The notes under the pieces are model-generated. The model saw nothing but the letters and a program-made list of their open reading frames with translations. It did no database searches and was not told the origin of the DNA. Positions 35,686 to 44,398 of a stretch of DNA of 44,632 bases are shown here, in pieces. This stretch comes from a phage. The stretch lies in the NCBI GenBank assembly GCA_031490075.1, contig GCA_031490075.1_4354.1, one strand, 5' to 3'. How positions within the stretch are numbered: the first letter of the stretch is position 1; each line of letters starts with the position of its first letter. Made by a program: the position numbers and the translations under genes.

Positions 35686-35949
35686 CTATTCCAGAATATT
35701 CCTCACGTAATCCTGCAACATGAACACTTTCAGCCGCAGCTGCCGTACGCATTCAGCATTCTGAACGTCGACGGCCAAATCCTCATCAGCGTCGCTACTT
35801 GGCTGCGCCAGTTTGCACGGCGGCTGCATCATCGTCGTATCCGGGGATGGAATTGGCGTTGGCGACGGCGCGGGACTTGAGCTGCACGCGCTCAGGGTCA
35901 AAAGTGCACACGCTGCGACCAGGCGTTTTAATGTACTTAACGACTTCAC
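35686..35949 (-). CDS. Outer-membrane spanin component (Rz1-like lipoprotein)
   Basis: Signal peptide ending in the lipobox LSAC, then a Pro-rich segment; starts inside the Rz-like gene in a different frame. Confidence 0.5.
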   Translation of the reverse strand: MKSLSTLKRLVAACALLTLSACSSSPAPSPTPIPSPDTTMMQPPCKLAQPSSDADEDLAVDVQNAECVRQLRLKVFMLQDYVRNILE

Positions 35950-36181
35950 GGGTAATCACCTCTGATTTCGTCTTGCCTTCGTTGTCAGCGGCGGCGGCCT
36001 TCGATTCATCCTGCTGCTGCCGTTGTGTTTTCTTCGCTAACTCAGCCTGTGCTTTCTGCTGTTGCTGCGAAACGAGATTAGCCCGGCCTTCGTTCCATCC
36101 GCTGCGATACTGGTAGATGCCGTGTGCGTAAACCAGGATGATGAAACATGCTCCTGCTACGACAGTTGCTTTAAGATTCAT
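35795..36181 (-). CDS. Inner-membrane spanin component (Rz-like)
   Basis: N-terminal transmembrane helix followed by a Gln/Ala/Lys-rich coiled coil; contains the lipoprotein ORF. Confidence 0.55.
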   Translation of the reverse strand: MNLKATVVAGACFIILVYAHGIYQYRSGWNEGRANLVSQQQQKAQAELAKKTQRQQQDESKAAAADNEGKTKSEVITREVVKYIKTPGRSVCTFDPERVQLKSRAVANANSIPGYDDDAAAVQTGAAK

Positions 36182-36291
36182 GTTTCCCCTTTCTCGATAA
36201 GTAAAGCCCCGCCATAAAGCGGGGCGCTAGTCCTTATCATTTAAACATAGAAACGGCGTAATCTCAGTAAACCAGTTACTTTTTACACAAG

Positions 36292-36434
36292 CAATAGAGT
36301 ATGGCCCTTCCGAACGCGTCAGCGTAACTACACTCAGGACTTACGTCCCGCTCCGTTACCTGCCCGCGCCGCGGTCGCTTGTTCATACTTCACAAGCTCA
36401 GGTGGAGCTTATCATATTTTTAGTGAAAAGTCAA
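36292..36434 (+). repeat. Copy 2 of the ~145-bp imperfect direct repeat (partner at 3578..3722)
   Basis: Same conserved blocks in the same order as copy 1. Confidence 0.7.
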
Positions 36435-36500
36435 CTATTCGAATAGTTTATTCCAACATTTACAATTTAGTGGAATAACTGGAATACATAAACAAATAGT

Positions 36501-36529
36501 TTGCGCACCCCGATATAATAGGGTACTAT
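36501..36529 (+). promoter_or_regulatory. Sigma70-like promoter with embedded palindrome (TTGCGC-N17-TACTAT)
   Basis: TTGCGC, 17-bp spacer, TACTAT; AATAG-N4-CTATT at 36517-36530; GAGGAGG SD follows. Confidence 0.65.
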
Positions 36530-36556
36530 TCATTCTATCGAACCGAGGAGGCCGCC

Positions 36557-36637
36557 ATGTTAGTCGTTATTTCAGTAGTAATTGCAGTTGATGCGGTGAT
36601 GTTTCTTTGGGCTTGTAGTGGTATTGGTGAACTATGA
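36557..36637 (+). CDS. Small hydrophobic peptide (26 aa)
   Basis: Strong SD; stop overlaps the lipoprotein start. Confidence 0.3.
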   Translation: MLVVISVVIAVDAVMFLWACSGIGEL

Positions 36638-36978
36638 AATATATTAAATTAGCAGTAGCGGGTGTTGTAGCCGTCTGTTTGAGTGGTTGCGTAAGGTCGT
36701 TGCCAGACCCAGCTTTACAGGTTTATCAGGCAGGGGATACAACGGCAACATGTAATCAGTTACTATCGAGAATCGCCACGACAAAACAAGCTCAAGCCAA
36801 CGCTACGCACCGTGTTAATAAGCAAATAGGTACTAACGTTGTACTCGGTGTTACAGGCGCATTCCTGATTGTTCCGCTGTTCTTTATGGACACGGGCGCC
36901 GGGCCTTCTATGGACGAGATGACAGCCGGTAATCGTCTGTCGCAGTTACAACAAACATACGACGAGAAATGCAAATGA
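36634..36978 (+). CDS. Lipoprotein with additional hydrophobic segment
   Basis: Signal peptide with lipobox LSGC; later hydrophobic stretch VVLGVTGAFLIVPLFF; plus strand inside the minus-strand head module. Confidence 0.65.
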   Translation: MKYIKLAVAGVVAVCLSGCVRSLPDPALQVYQAGDTTATCNQLLSRIATTKQAQANATHRVNKQIGTNVVLGVTGAFLIVPLFFMDTGAGPSMDEMTAGNRLSQLQQTYDEKCK

Positions 36979-37051
36979 CAAATAGTGTGATGTTTTATGT
37001 TGTTTTGTTGGTATCGGCTGCGGTTATCACCGCGATGTTCATACAAAAATA

Positions 37052-37073
37052 AAGCCCCGTAAGGGGCTTTTTA
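37052..37073 (+). terminator. Rho-independent terminator
   Basis: AGCCCC-GTAA-GGGGCT followed by TTTTT. Confidence 0.6.
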
Positions 37074-37096
37074 TCATTCCGGCTTTTTATCATTCC
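37065..37096. repeat. Tandem duplication of a 16-bp unit (GGCTTTTTATCATTCC x2)
   Basis: Two identical adjacent copies; the first overlaps the terminator stem and the second reaches the stop codon region of the minus gene 37090..37551. Confidence 0.7.
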
Positions 37097-37551
37097 GGCT
37101 TAGTAACCTTCGCCGCTTTACTGACGGCCTCTACCCCATCGGCATCAGTAACTTTAACGAAGCATTCGCTGACCGCATTAACCGTCAGAGACAGAGCCTC
37201 CTCAGGCACATTCACCACTTCCTTACCGTCTTTGTACCAGGTCAGAGAATACGGCGCTTTGCCTGCCTTAACCTCGACAGTGATGGTTGCGCTGCCGCCC
37301 GCCAGTTCAGCGTCCTGCGGTTGCGCAGAGAAATACACGTCGCCAGCGTCCGCCAGATACGGAATTTCATAAAGCATACCGGCGGCGGGCAACGCAATAC
37401 CGGTTTTATCTGCAAACGGCATATCATCTACCGGTGTACCGAGTACACTTTCGTCCCCAATAAATACCACGTTCTCGCCAGAGCCAGACACGCGGGCGTA
37501 CTGGACTACGCGACGAGACGGTACGTCAGTTACTTTGAAAAAGCCCATCAT
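37090..37551 (-). CDS. Hypothetical protein with C-terminal Ig-like region
   Basis: APYSLTWYKDGKEV resembles Ig-like repeats; downstream of the head morphogenesis gene. Confidence 0.45.
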   Translation of the reverse strand: MMGFFKVTDVPSRRVVQYARVSGSGENVVFIGDESVLGTPVDDMPFADKTGIALPAAGMLYEIPYLADAGDVYFSAQPQDAELAGGSATITVEVKAGKAPYSLTWYKDGKEVVNVPEEALSLTVNAVSECFVKVTDADGVEAVSKAAKVTKPE

Positions 37552-38594
37552 TATTCCCCTTTCAGATAATCAGCAACACGTTTATCGAGTTCCGCCATCT
37601 GCTTAAGCGTGAGCGGATTCCCGAAACCATCTACAGATATTACGCGAAACTCTTCCGGCGATATACCGCTGTTACGGAAAATCTTACCTCGCACCGGGCC
37701 GAGCGCCTGGTCCTGAAACCACGCCGGTTGTTGTTTAAGGAACTCATAATAGGTGGTATCTGCGCTTACCTGAGTACCTCCGTCCGCACCCTTAGCCGCG
37801 CGTTTTGCACCTTTATCGAGGAAGTCGAACCCCGAACTGATTACTGGCGCAGTAGTACTCCGGCAATTCGGATGTGCTGGCGGCATCGGCCCCTTACCGA
37901 TTTCCCACGTCATTCCGTCTCGGGCCCTGCAAATCGTACTGGTGCGGCTATCCAGCGTTGACACCCACTCGTACTTCTCGATGATGTCGTCGTTCTGGCG
38001 GTACGTCTCGTTACGGGCTTCGTTGGATACATGCGACAGCGCAGTGCGGATTACTGTAGCCGCATATTTCTCAGACACGTCAGCAAGCCCACCCTTACCT
38101 ACTACTTCTTTAACAATCTGCTGTGTAGTCTTGCCCTGAACAAAGCCCATCTTAACGCCAGTTACCAGGCGCGCGACTTCTGTTTCACCCCAACCTGACA
38201 TCAGCTTGGTGAAATCGACGGGCTTGTCACTCAATGATAGTGGCTGAAACTCGGCAGCGGCCCACACCTGTTCTGCGGTAGGCGTAACAAATTCCGCGTT
38301 AACGTTGGCGGTAAGTGTCTTTACGTTCCACTCTGCTTCATACGCCGCCAGTTCCTTAAGGTCTTCTGTCAGCTTTGTCTGCCAGTCACCTGTAAGTCCG
38401 GTTAGTGCTTCTTCGAGGTCGCGTAACAGTTTATTCAGCCGCGCGGTGCTTCGCCCGTCGTCGCCGAATAACAGCACCTGCCGTTTGATTTCGTCCCGCA
38501 TTTCCTGAATGAACGGTGCTAGGTCTTTCACTTCACCAGATGCGGTGCGTTGCAGCCAAATCTGGTGGCTGATTAGTGATGTCAGTAAGCTCAT
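37551..38594 (-). CDS. Head morphogenesis protein (Mu F / SPP1 gp7 family)
   Basis: WVSTLDSRTSTICRARDGMTW...PPAHPNCRST is the characteristic conserved region of this family. Confidence 0.85.
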   Translation of the reverse strand: MSLLTSLISHQIWLQRTASGEVKDLAPFIQEMRDEIKRQVLLFGDDGRSTARLNKLLRDLEEALTGLTGDWQTKLTEDLKELAAYEAEWNVKTLTANVNAEFVTPTAEQVWAAAEFQPLSLSDKPVDFTKLMSGWGETEVARLVTGVKMGFVQGKTTQQIVKEVVGKGGLADVSEKYAATVIRTALSHVSNEARNETYRQNDDIIEKYEWVSTLDSRTSTICRARDGMTWEIGKGPMPPAHPNCRSTTAPVISSGFDFLDKGAKRAAKGADGGTQVSADTTYYEFLKQQPAWFQDQALGPVRGKIFRNSGISPEEFRVISVDGFGNPLTLKQMAELDKRVADYLKGE

Positions 38595-38675
38595 ATACCC
38601 TCCTGTTTCGATATGACAATCATATCAGTCGGTAACGTATTGGCATAATCATACGCATTTAAGGTTAAAAAGAGC

Positions 38676-38708
38676 TTGATTAAATTCTACATTCAAATGT
38701 AGAATTTA
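38676..38708 (+). promoter_or_regulatory. Promoter with perfect 12-bp inverted repeat operator
   Basis: TTGATT, 18-bp spacer, TAGAAT; TAAATTCTACAT-TCAA-ATGTAGAATTTA (38681-38708) overlaps the spacer and -10. Confidence 0.55.
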
Positions 38709-38736
38709 AACGTACACTTAAACAGGAGAAATACAC

Positions 38737-39390
38737 ATGAAACTGCAAACATTAGAGTTCCCTTATGGAGAAATCACTTTTGACCGTGAAAACTTTATTA
38801 ACGTAAACGAGCTGGTTGACCAGATGAACCGTTGGCGTTTAGACAACGGCATGGGGGCCAGAGAGCTTCGCCAGGTCATGGCAACGGATGGCTTCAAGAT
38901 TTTCAAGGAGGAATGCGAAAAACAACTCGGAATCGAGAATGCCATAAGGGCGACGAAAGGCCGAAACGGTCGCACCTTTGCATGTCTCCATCTGGCAGTA
39001 TATATTGCTGAGCAATACAGCGCCTATTTCCATTTCCTCGTTATAGACCGCTTTATCACACAACGGCAGGTAGAACTACGAAACATTGGCGCGGTGAGCT
39101 TTGTCGAGCTTAACGCTGCCGTTAGTCGAATGATCGAGCGCACGGAGGGAAGAATTGGCCACAGTGGACACTTCATACAGGTGGCTAAAGCGGTAAAGGA
39201 ATCCGTAGATATCCGCGACGTAACGGGTTTCGATACATGGGACTCTCAGGATGCGAAGACCAATCAGTTGCGAAGTGACATCCAGAAAGCTCTGGTGACG
39301 CTTCTTGACATGGAGGCCGTTAATACATGGGGTGAACTGAAAGAGGCGATACCTCGGGTTGTGCGTAAATGTGCGGCTAATATACGTTAA
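38737..39390 (+). CDS. KilA-N domain protein
   Basis: N-terminal GEITFDRENFINVNELVDQMNRWRL resembles the KilA-N pattern (FDENGR...N...L...RFDNWLRL) of P1 KilA-type proteins; GGAG SD. Confidence 0.55.
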   Translation: MKLQTLEFPYGEITFDRENFINVNELVDQMNRWRLDNGMGARELRQVMATDGFKIFKEECEKQLGIENAIRATKGRNGRTFACLHLAVYIAEQYSAYFHFLVIDRFITQRQVELRNIGAVSFVELNAAVSRMIERTEGRIGHSGHFIQVAKAVKESVDIRDVTGFDTWDSQDAKTNQLRSDIQKALVTLLDMEAVNTWGELKEAIPRVVRKCAANIR

Positions 39391-39396
39391 AACTAA

Positions 39397-39420
39397 GGCC
39401 CCTAGCGGGGCCTTTCTATT
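39397..39420 (+). terminator. Rho-independent terminator
   Basis: GGCCCC-TAGC-GGGGCC followed by TTTCTATTT. Confidence 0.6.
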
Positions 39421-40889
39421 TACTCCTGTTGTTGCGCGGACTGCGGAATTTCTCCTGCTACCTGAGCAACCGCACCCAACGGCAGCGGTGCGTCCCCAAT
39501 AGCGTTCTGAATGTCCTCATCGGTCCAGTCGGTTACGCCAGCCTTACGCAACGCGGCGTAGTAAGCAGTAGCCGGTAGCAGGCCAGCGTTAATGTCCACC
39601 ATCCACTGAGCGCGGTCCTGAGCTGTCATCGGTTGCAGGAAGAACTCCATGTTCAGCTTGAATTCAATCTCTGTGTCTTCGCGCAACCCTAGCATCGCCG
39701 CTACCCAGCGCAATGCCTCGGTATACGCCATACTTACGTTACGTGCGATTGTCGCCATAACAGACGTATCCGCGCCACGTTGCAGGCGGGCGGATTCGGC
39801 GGTGATTTGCTGCGTCGGGGTGATAAGCTGCGCACCAATCTGAATGGCCTGATTCTCTTTATCCAGCATATTCTGTTTGGCGAGGTTGTTCTCTCCTGCC
39901 TGAACAAGAAATGCATTGCCGCCGTAACCGATGTTATGGCCCGAACGCGACCCCATGCGCACGCCGTGAGGGTTGGCTTCTTTCCACTGTTCCATGCTCA
40001 TGTTCTCGCCAGGGGCGATGAACAGAGTAGGCTGGCCCACAACGAAGCTGGATTCCTCGTTGTCCGCGCTGTTGCGGAAATGCCCGATATTAAGCTCAGC
40101 TAACGGCAGCAAAGGTGCATCATCAATGGTCACATCGTTGTTGCTTGCCCCAATGAACGTGAACGGGATTTTGCCCCGTAACTGTTCGCCAAGTTCCGGG
40201 AATATTTCGATTACATCATCCTGAGCGCCACCTTCGGCATCGAAGCGATAGATTCGCTGGCGGTAGCGCCCGTCAATCAAATCGAGAACGCGGTATTGTT
40301 CACCGAACTTTGTTTCGAACTCAGCGCCTGGTTCCGAGTATTCCCACACCTCACGTAACACGACCATCGTCACACGGTTCACTGAGCCGATGCGGGTCAG
40401 TCGCCAGTTGATGATGTTCTCAGCAGTGTAGAATGCAATGACCGGGTTTAGTAACCCCGCGTTCTGTTCGGCTGCCGTTGCCGCGGCTGTCTCCGGGGCG
40501 TCCACCAGCAACCCGCCACGACCCACCGAATCAATCTCCATTAGCGTATCCTGTGCGTGCTGCCACAGCCCGACACCAGAACCGTCCGCGTTACGTAACA
40601 GGTACTCCAGTTCAGGCGGTATAATCTGCTCGGGGTCTTTGTGCATGACACTGCCGACCATCCCCACCAGCGTGCGTTTGGTGAAATTGTAACAGATAGC
40701 GCCGTTCTCGTATTCTTCCTGGCGCTGTGCCGCGTAGGTCGGGTCCGGCTCATTCTTCCCAACGTTGCGCAGATAGCGGATAAGGTCGCCTTCCAGCGCG
40801 TGGCGCACCTTCTGCCATTTATCGAAGTGATGCAGCCATTCCCGGTGTTTTGTCTTAACACCCTGATTCTGACCGTTCATAGTTAACAT
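39420..40889 (-). CDS. Portal protein
   Basis: 489-aa protein immediately after the large terminase gene; size and position. Confidence 0.75.
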   Translation of the reverse strand: MLTMNGQNQGVKTKHREWLHHFDKWQKVRHALEGDLIRYLRNVGKNEPDPTYAAQRQEEYENGAICYNFTKRTLVGMVGSVMHKDPEQIIPPELEYLLRNADGSGVGLWQHAQDTLMEIDSVGRGGLLVDAPETAAATAAEQNAGLLNPVIAFYTAENIINWRLTRIGSVNRVTMVVLREVWEYSEPGAEFETKFGEQYRVLDLIDGRYRQRIYRFDAEGGAQDDVIEIFPELGEQLRGKIPFTFIGASNNDVTIDDAPLLPLAELNIGHFRNSADNEESSFVVGQPTLFIAPGENMSMEQWKEANPHGVRMGSRSGHNIGYGGNAFLVQAGENNLAKQNMLDKENQAIQIGAQLITPTQQITAESARLQRGADTSVMATIARNVSMAYTEALRWVAAMLGLREDTEIEFKLNMEFFLQPMTAQDRAQWMVDINAGLLPATAYYAALRKAGVTDWTDEDIQNAIGDAPLPLGAVAQVAGEIPQSAQQQE

Positions 40890-40901
40890 TGAATAATCCT
40901 C

Positions 40902-42173
40902 TTAAAGTGCGAAAGTCACCGGGACATTAATAACTGGTTTGCGAATCGGCATTTCATACGCGATAGGATATGTGGTCCCGTCGTTCTGGTGGTCCACACC
41001 ACCCGATTTATCCGGTTCGCCGTTCTTGTCGTAAGCCTGTTGCTCCAGGCATCGCGCGGTAACCGGGCAAGCCTGCTCATTAATCATGACCATACCAGAT
41101 TCAAGCGCCTTATTCATCGCCGCTACGCGGTCTTTAACCGGTGGGTTTGTCGATTTAGCGCGCACTTCGAAGCCGGCCTGCTGTAACTGGGCAATATCAG
41201 ATGTGCTGGCGTTGTTACTTTTACGGTTTTTACCGCTTGCGTCGGGGTACATAACGATATAGTGACCCTTACTTTTCCAGCGCTCTGTTACGGCTCTCAC
41301 CACATCGGGCGTATCGAACATATCCACCAACTCGGCGACTGCATGCCAGACTTTGCCACGTTGCACGTAAACTGTACTAGCCATGTGGCCTACGTTAAAG
41401 TCCTGCCCGATATACAGAGTCTCGCCTGGTTTTATTGTTTCGCGGCTGCTGTTTTTCCTGCGGTCATAGGCGTAATAGACAGTCCCCGCCGTCAGGTTGA
41501 CGAACTCGCCGTTGATGTAGGCGTCAATCAACTGACCTGGGTATGTGTCGCGTAACGACTGCACATAATCTTCTGGCAGGAACGGGTTAGACAGGGTGGA
41601 CGCCTGAATCATCTCGTAGCCTGGATTCTTTTTGACTACCCAGCGGTCATGTACGAAACGGAATCCTTCCGGGGTAGTGAACACGGAAACGGTATTAGCA
41701 GGTTTCGGTGTAATAGGTTTATATGTCCGCGGCAACTGGCGGTTACGGGCGATGACTTTGTTCCACGCGTGCTCGGCGTGCTCCATGTTAAGGGTGTCCA
41801 ACTCGTCGATTTTCGCACGAAACGATTCGTAGCCAACGATTCGTGCTGGATTATCAAGTGTACGCAGAACAAAATCCCCAAATTGCCCGGAAGACGTATA
41901 GATTATGTTGTCAGACTTGTTGTATTTGTACCGGATACCCCAGTCGGTGAGCTTTTCTTCCATACGCGGTGCAAGGATGAGGCGCACCAGGTCATAAGTC
42001 GGCTCATACATGGCGATGATAGAATCGCTACCACCTTCCATGCTGTCGAGTAGTGCAGAGTTGCACATAACTTCGGATTTACCCGTACCGAAGCCAGCTA
42101 CGAATGCCGGAAACTTGCAATGCATACCGAGAAACGCGCCTTGCGGCTCCGTTGCCGTGATATTAACGTTCAC
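40902..42173 (-). CDS. Terminase large subunit
   Basis: N-terminal Walker A AGFGTGKS; C-terminal nuclease-like region with conserved acidic residues (YPDASG); 423 aa. Confidence 0.85.
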   Translation of the reverse strand: MNVNITATEPQGAFLGMHCKFPAFVAGFGTGKSEVMCNSALLDSMEGGSDSIIAMYEPTYDLVRLILAPRMEEKLTDWGIRYKYNKSDNIIYTSSGQFGDFVLRTLDNPARIVGYESFRAKIDELDTLNMEHAEHAWNKVIARNRQLPRTYKPITPKPANTVSVFTTPEGFRFVHDRWVVKKNPGYEMIQASTLSNPFLPEDYVQSLRDTYPGQLIDAYINGEFVNLTAGTVYYAYDRRKNSSRETIKPGETLYIGQDFNVGHMASTVYVQRGKVWHAVAELVDMFDTPDVVRAVTERWKSKGHYIVMYPDASGKNRKSNNASTSDIAQLQQAGFEVRAKSTNPPVKDRVAAMNKALESGMVMINEQACPVTARCLEQQAYDKNGEPDKSGGVDHQNDGTTYPIAYEMPIRKPVINVPVTFAL

Positions 42174-42672
42174 CGGACACCACCTTAATTGTTACTTCGC
42201 TGATTGGCTCGTCGCGTACTTCTTCGGCGACAACTGTTTTATTCAGGCCCAGTTTCGCGGCAGCAAACGTAGCAGAGATGCCCGCGGCCCCCGTTTCAGT
42301 GAAGTATGCCTCTTCCAGCGCCTGTGCTGTCTCCCAGGCTTCTGCAAATGCGGGAATCTCACGCAGCCAAAGCTTAATAATAGGGATAGTGACGCCGATG
42401 TGTAAGGCGAAGCGGGCCAGTGACGGGGGTTTATCCTGAATCAGCGGGCGTTCGTCACCCTTAGACGTAGGCACAAGCTCCCACGACGTGCGGTCGAAGA
42501 ACTCGATTAGTGCATCGCAATAGCCCGGGTCCCACAACGCGGCGGAATTACGGGATGATTGATAAAGGCTCTGTTTACCGCGCGGTCGTTTACGGCGACG
42601 GTTTGCGCTAACAGCTTCTTCATGTGCAGCTTGTACCACCTCTGGCGATGGCTGCTTAAGTTTCAGCTTCAT
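42163..42672 (-). CDS. Putative terminase small subunit
   Basis: Overlaps the start of the large terminase gene; basic N-terminal region; ATG 42672 with GGGGA SD (the longest ORF extends to 42711). Call is by position only. Confidence 0.45.
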   Translation of the reverse strand: MKLKLKQPSPEVVQAAHEEAVSANRRRKRPRGKQSLYQSSRNSAALWDPGYCDALIEFFDRTSWELVPTSKGDERPLIQDKPPSLARFALHIGVTIPIIKLWLREIPAFAEAWETAQALEEAYFTETGAAGISATFAAAKLGLNKTVVAEEVRDEPISEVTIKVVSGER

Positions 42673-43117
42673 AGAATCCCCTTGCATATGCGTCTGACCA
42701 TCAGAGCGCACCAGACGCGCCCTACGCGTCTAAAGGGATTATATAAGGGGATTGGGCGGGATGTACAGAAAAGCCCTCCGTAGAGGGCTTGTATCAGTTA
42801 TATAGGCCGTGGCGTGGCGCTCGTTTACCGTCGCCGCCGTAATGGTCGTTAGCTACAGCGATAGCCCAGGCATTCGGAAAGACTAAAAGTTGCATTAAAT
42901 TCCTCAAGGTCTATTTTACGAATACATGGTGAAAGGCAATCAGCGAAAACCAACTCACCAGAATCGATAACGACGAATCACCAGCCTTTGAATATGTTCT
43001 CGGAAATACCCTCCGCAACTTCGCGTACATTAGGCATGTGTTCTGGGAAATCGTGGAAGTTTCTGGACAAAAATTCAAGTGCCTCACACCGGTTTATGTG
43101 GTAGTTATCATATTCAA

Positions 43118-43378
43118 TCATTCCCCGCTCTCCTCTCGCGCAATGCGTTGCTCTGTTTTAGTTATACCCCGGCGCGTGAATAACACCGGGCTTGTCTTAA
43201 CATGTGTCATCAGACGGTTGTTATAAATTACGTGGCGCTCGCAGTTCACGTCGTTGCGGTACTTGGCAATCGTCATTTCGTTGATGCCGGTTTGCCGACA
43301 TGTCTCCGCCATCGTGCCAAATTCTTTAATCAGGTTCGGAATGCTGGTAATCATCCTAAGAAATTCCTTGTTGTCCAC
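43118..43378 (-). CDS. Hypothetical protein with HTH-like segment
   Basis: GTMAETCRQTGINEMTIAKYRND resembles a helix-turn-helix. Confidence 0.35.
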   Translation of the reverse strand: MDNKEFLRMITSIPNLIKEFGTMAETCRQTGINEMTIAKYRNDVNCERHVIYNNRLMTHVKTSPVLFTRRGITKTEQRIAREESGE

Positions 43379-43607
43379 ATCGCATTCGGATATTTGTTAT
43401 CACGGTCCTGCACCACAGCAATCATGTTGCCGCGTTGCACCAGGCAGAAGTGCCGCTGCTGCTCTCCGTTGTAGCGGCGCCAGATTGCCTCTTCGATTGC
43501 TGCGTTGATGTCACTGAACACTGTCTCTACCCCACATAAACCCAATCAATACGCCGATAAAATAACCTGCTGCTACAAGGCCAATAACCACCTCGAGACT
43601 CATACTC

Positions 43608-43808
43608 TTACCCCACTATCTCATCACCGAGCCACGCCGTTTCTCGTATATCGTCTACCACACAAGCGGCGTGCTCTCGGCTAATTGCAAAAATGTAGAA
43701 GCTGAACTTCTTCCCGTCGGCGTCGATGTGGTTAACCGAGTAAGGTTTCCACAGGACGCCATCAATAACTACCGGCTTAGGCGCTTTCATCTTCTGGTCC
43801 GACAACAT
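43608..43808 (-). CDS. Hypothetical protein
   Basis: ORF in right-arm minus-strand block. Confidence 0.3.
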   Translation of the reverse strand: MLSDQKMKAPKPVVIDGVLWKPYSVNHIDADGKKFSFYIFAISREHAACVVDDIRETAWLGDEIVG

Positions 43809-43826
43809 TGTCGTACAGCGGGATTA

Positions 43827-44078
43827 TCACATCAGCCCCATCCTTTGAAGCTGCGGTTGCCGTGTTGTGTAATAAGCCAGCGAAGAACTGTCTTCACCGA
43901 CGAACAACCCCGCGTACACGTTCGGTTCTTGCGTCTTAATAGCCAGTAACTCCTTAAACGCCTCCAGTTGAAACTCACCGTTAATTGACAGTTGCCCGCC
44001 TAACGTCTGTTTCTCTGACTCAAGGACCAGAATACGACGCTCAAGTGACGCGATTGTGATTTTAGGCATTGGTATCAC
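43827..44078 (-). CDS. Hypothetical protein
   Basis: ORF; stop overlaps region of next gene start. Confidence 0.35.
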   Translation of the reverse strand: MIPMPKITIASLERRILVLESEKQTLGGQLSINGEFQLEAFKELLAIKTQEPNVYAGLFVGEDSSSLAYYTTRQPQLQRMGLM

Positions 44079-44247
44079 CTTTGTTCAGGTTGAAGCGGTT
44101 AATCAGTTCACGGCGTGTCTCGTAGAGCGACTCTACCATTTGCTCGGCTACCGCGATTTTAGTATTCAGGACGTGCATCACGTGGCTAATGTCTACGCCG
44201 CCTTTAACGGCCTCAACCATCATCTTTTCGTATTCACGGTCAGTCAT
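44062..44247 (-). CDS. Hypothetical protein
   Basis: ORF coupled to a 52-aa ORF upstream (start near 44402). Confidence 0.35.
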   Translation of the reverse strand: MTDREYEKMMVEAVKGGVDISHVMHVLNTKIAVAEQMVESLYETRRELINRFNLNKGDTNA

Positions 44248-44398
44248 TCTTTACGCTCTCCCCACATGCGATTGAGATACTTGTTCTTGTCTGGCCCAGG
44301 GAAACTGTTACGTTTCATCCGTTCCTCGCGTGTCGGGAACGGGGTGTGACTGACTTTATGGCCTACTCGTAATGGTTGGCTTACTTGACCTTGTTTGC

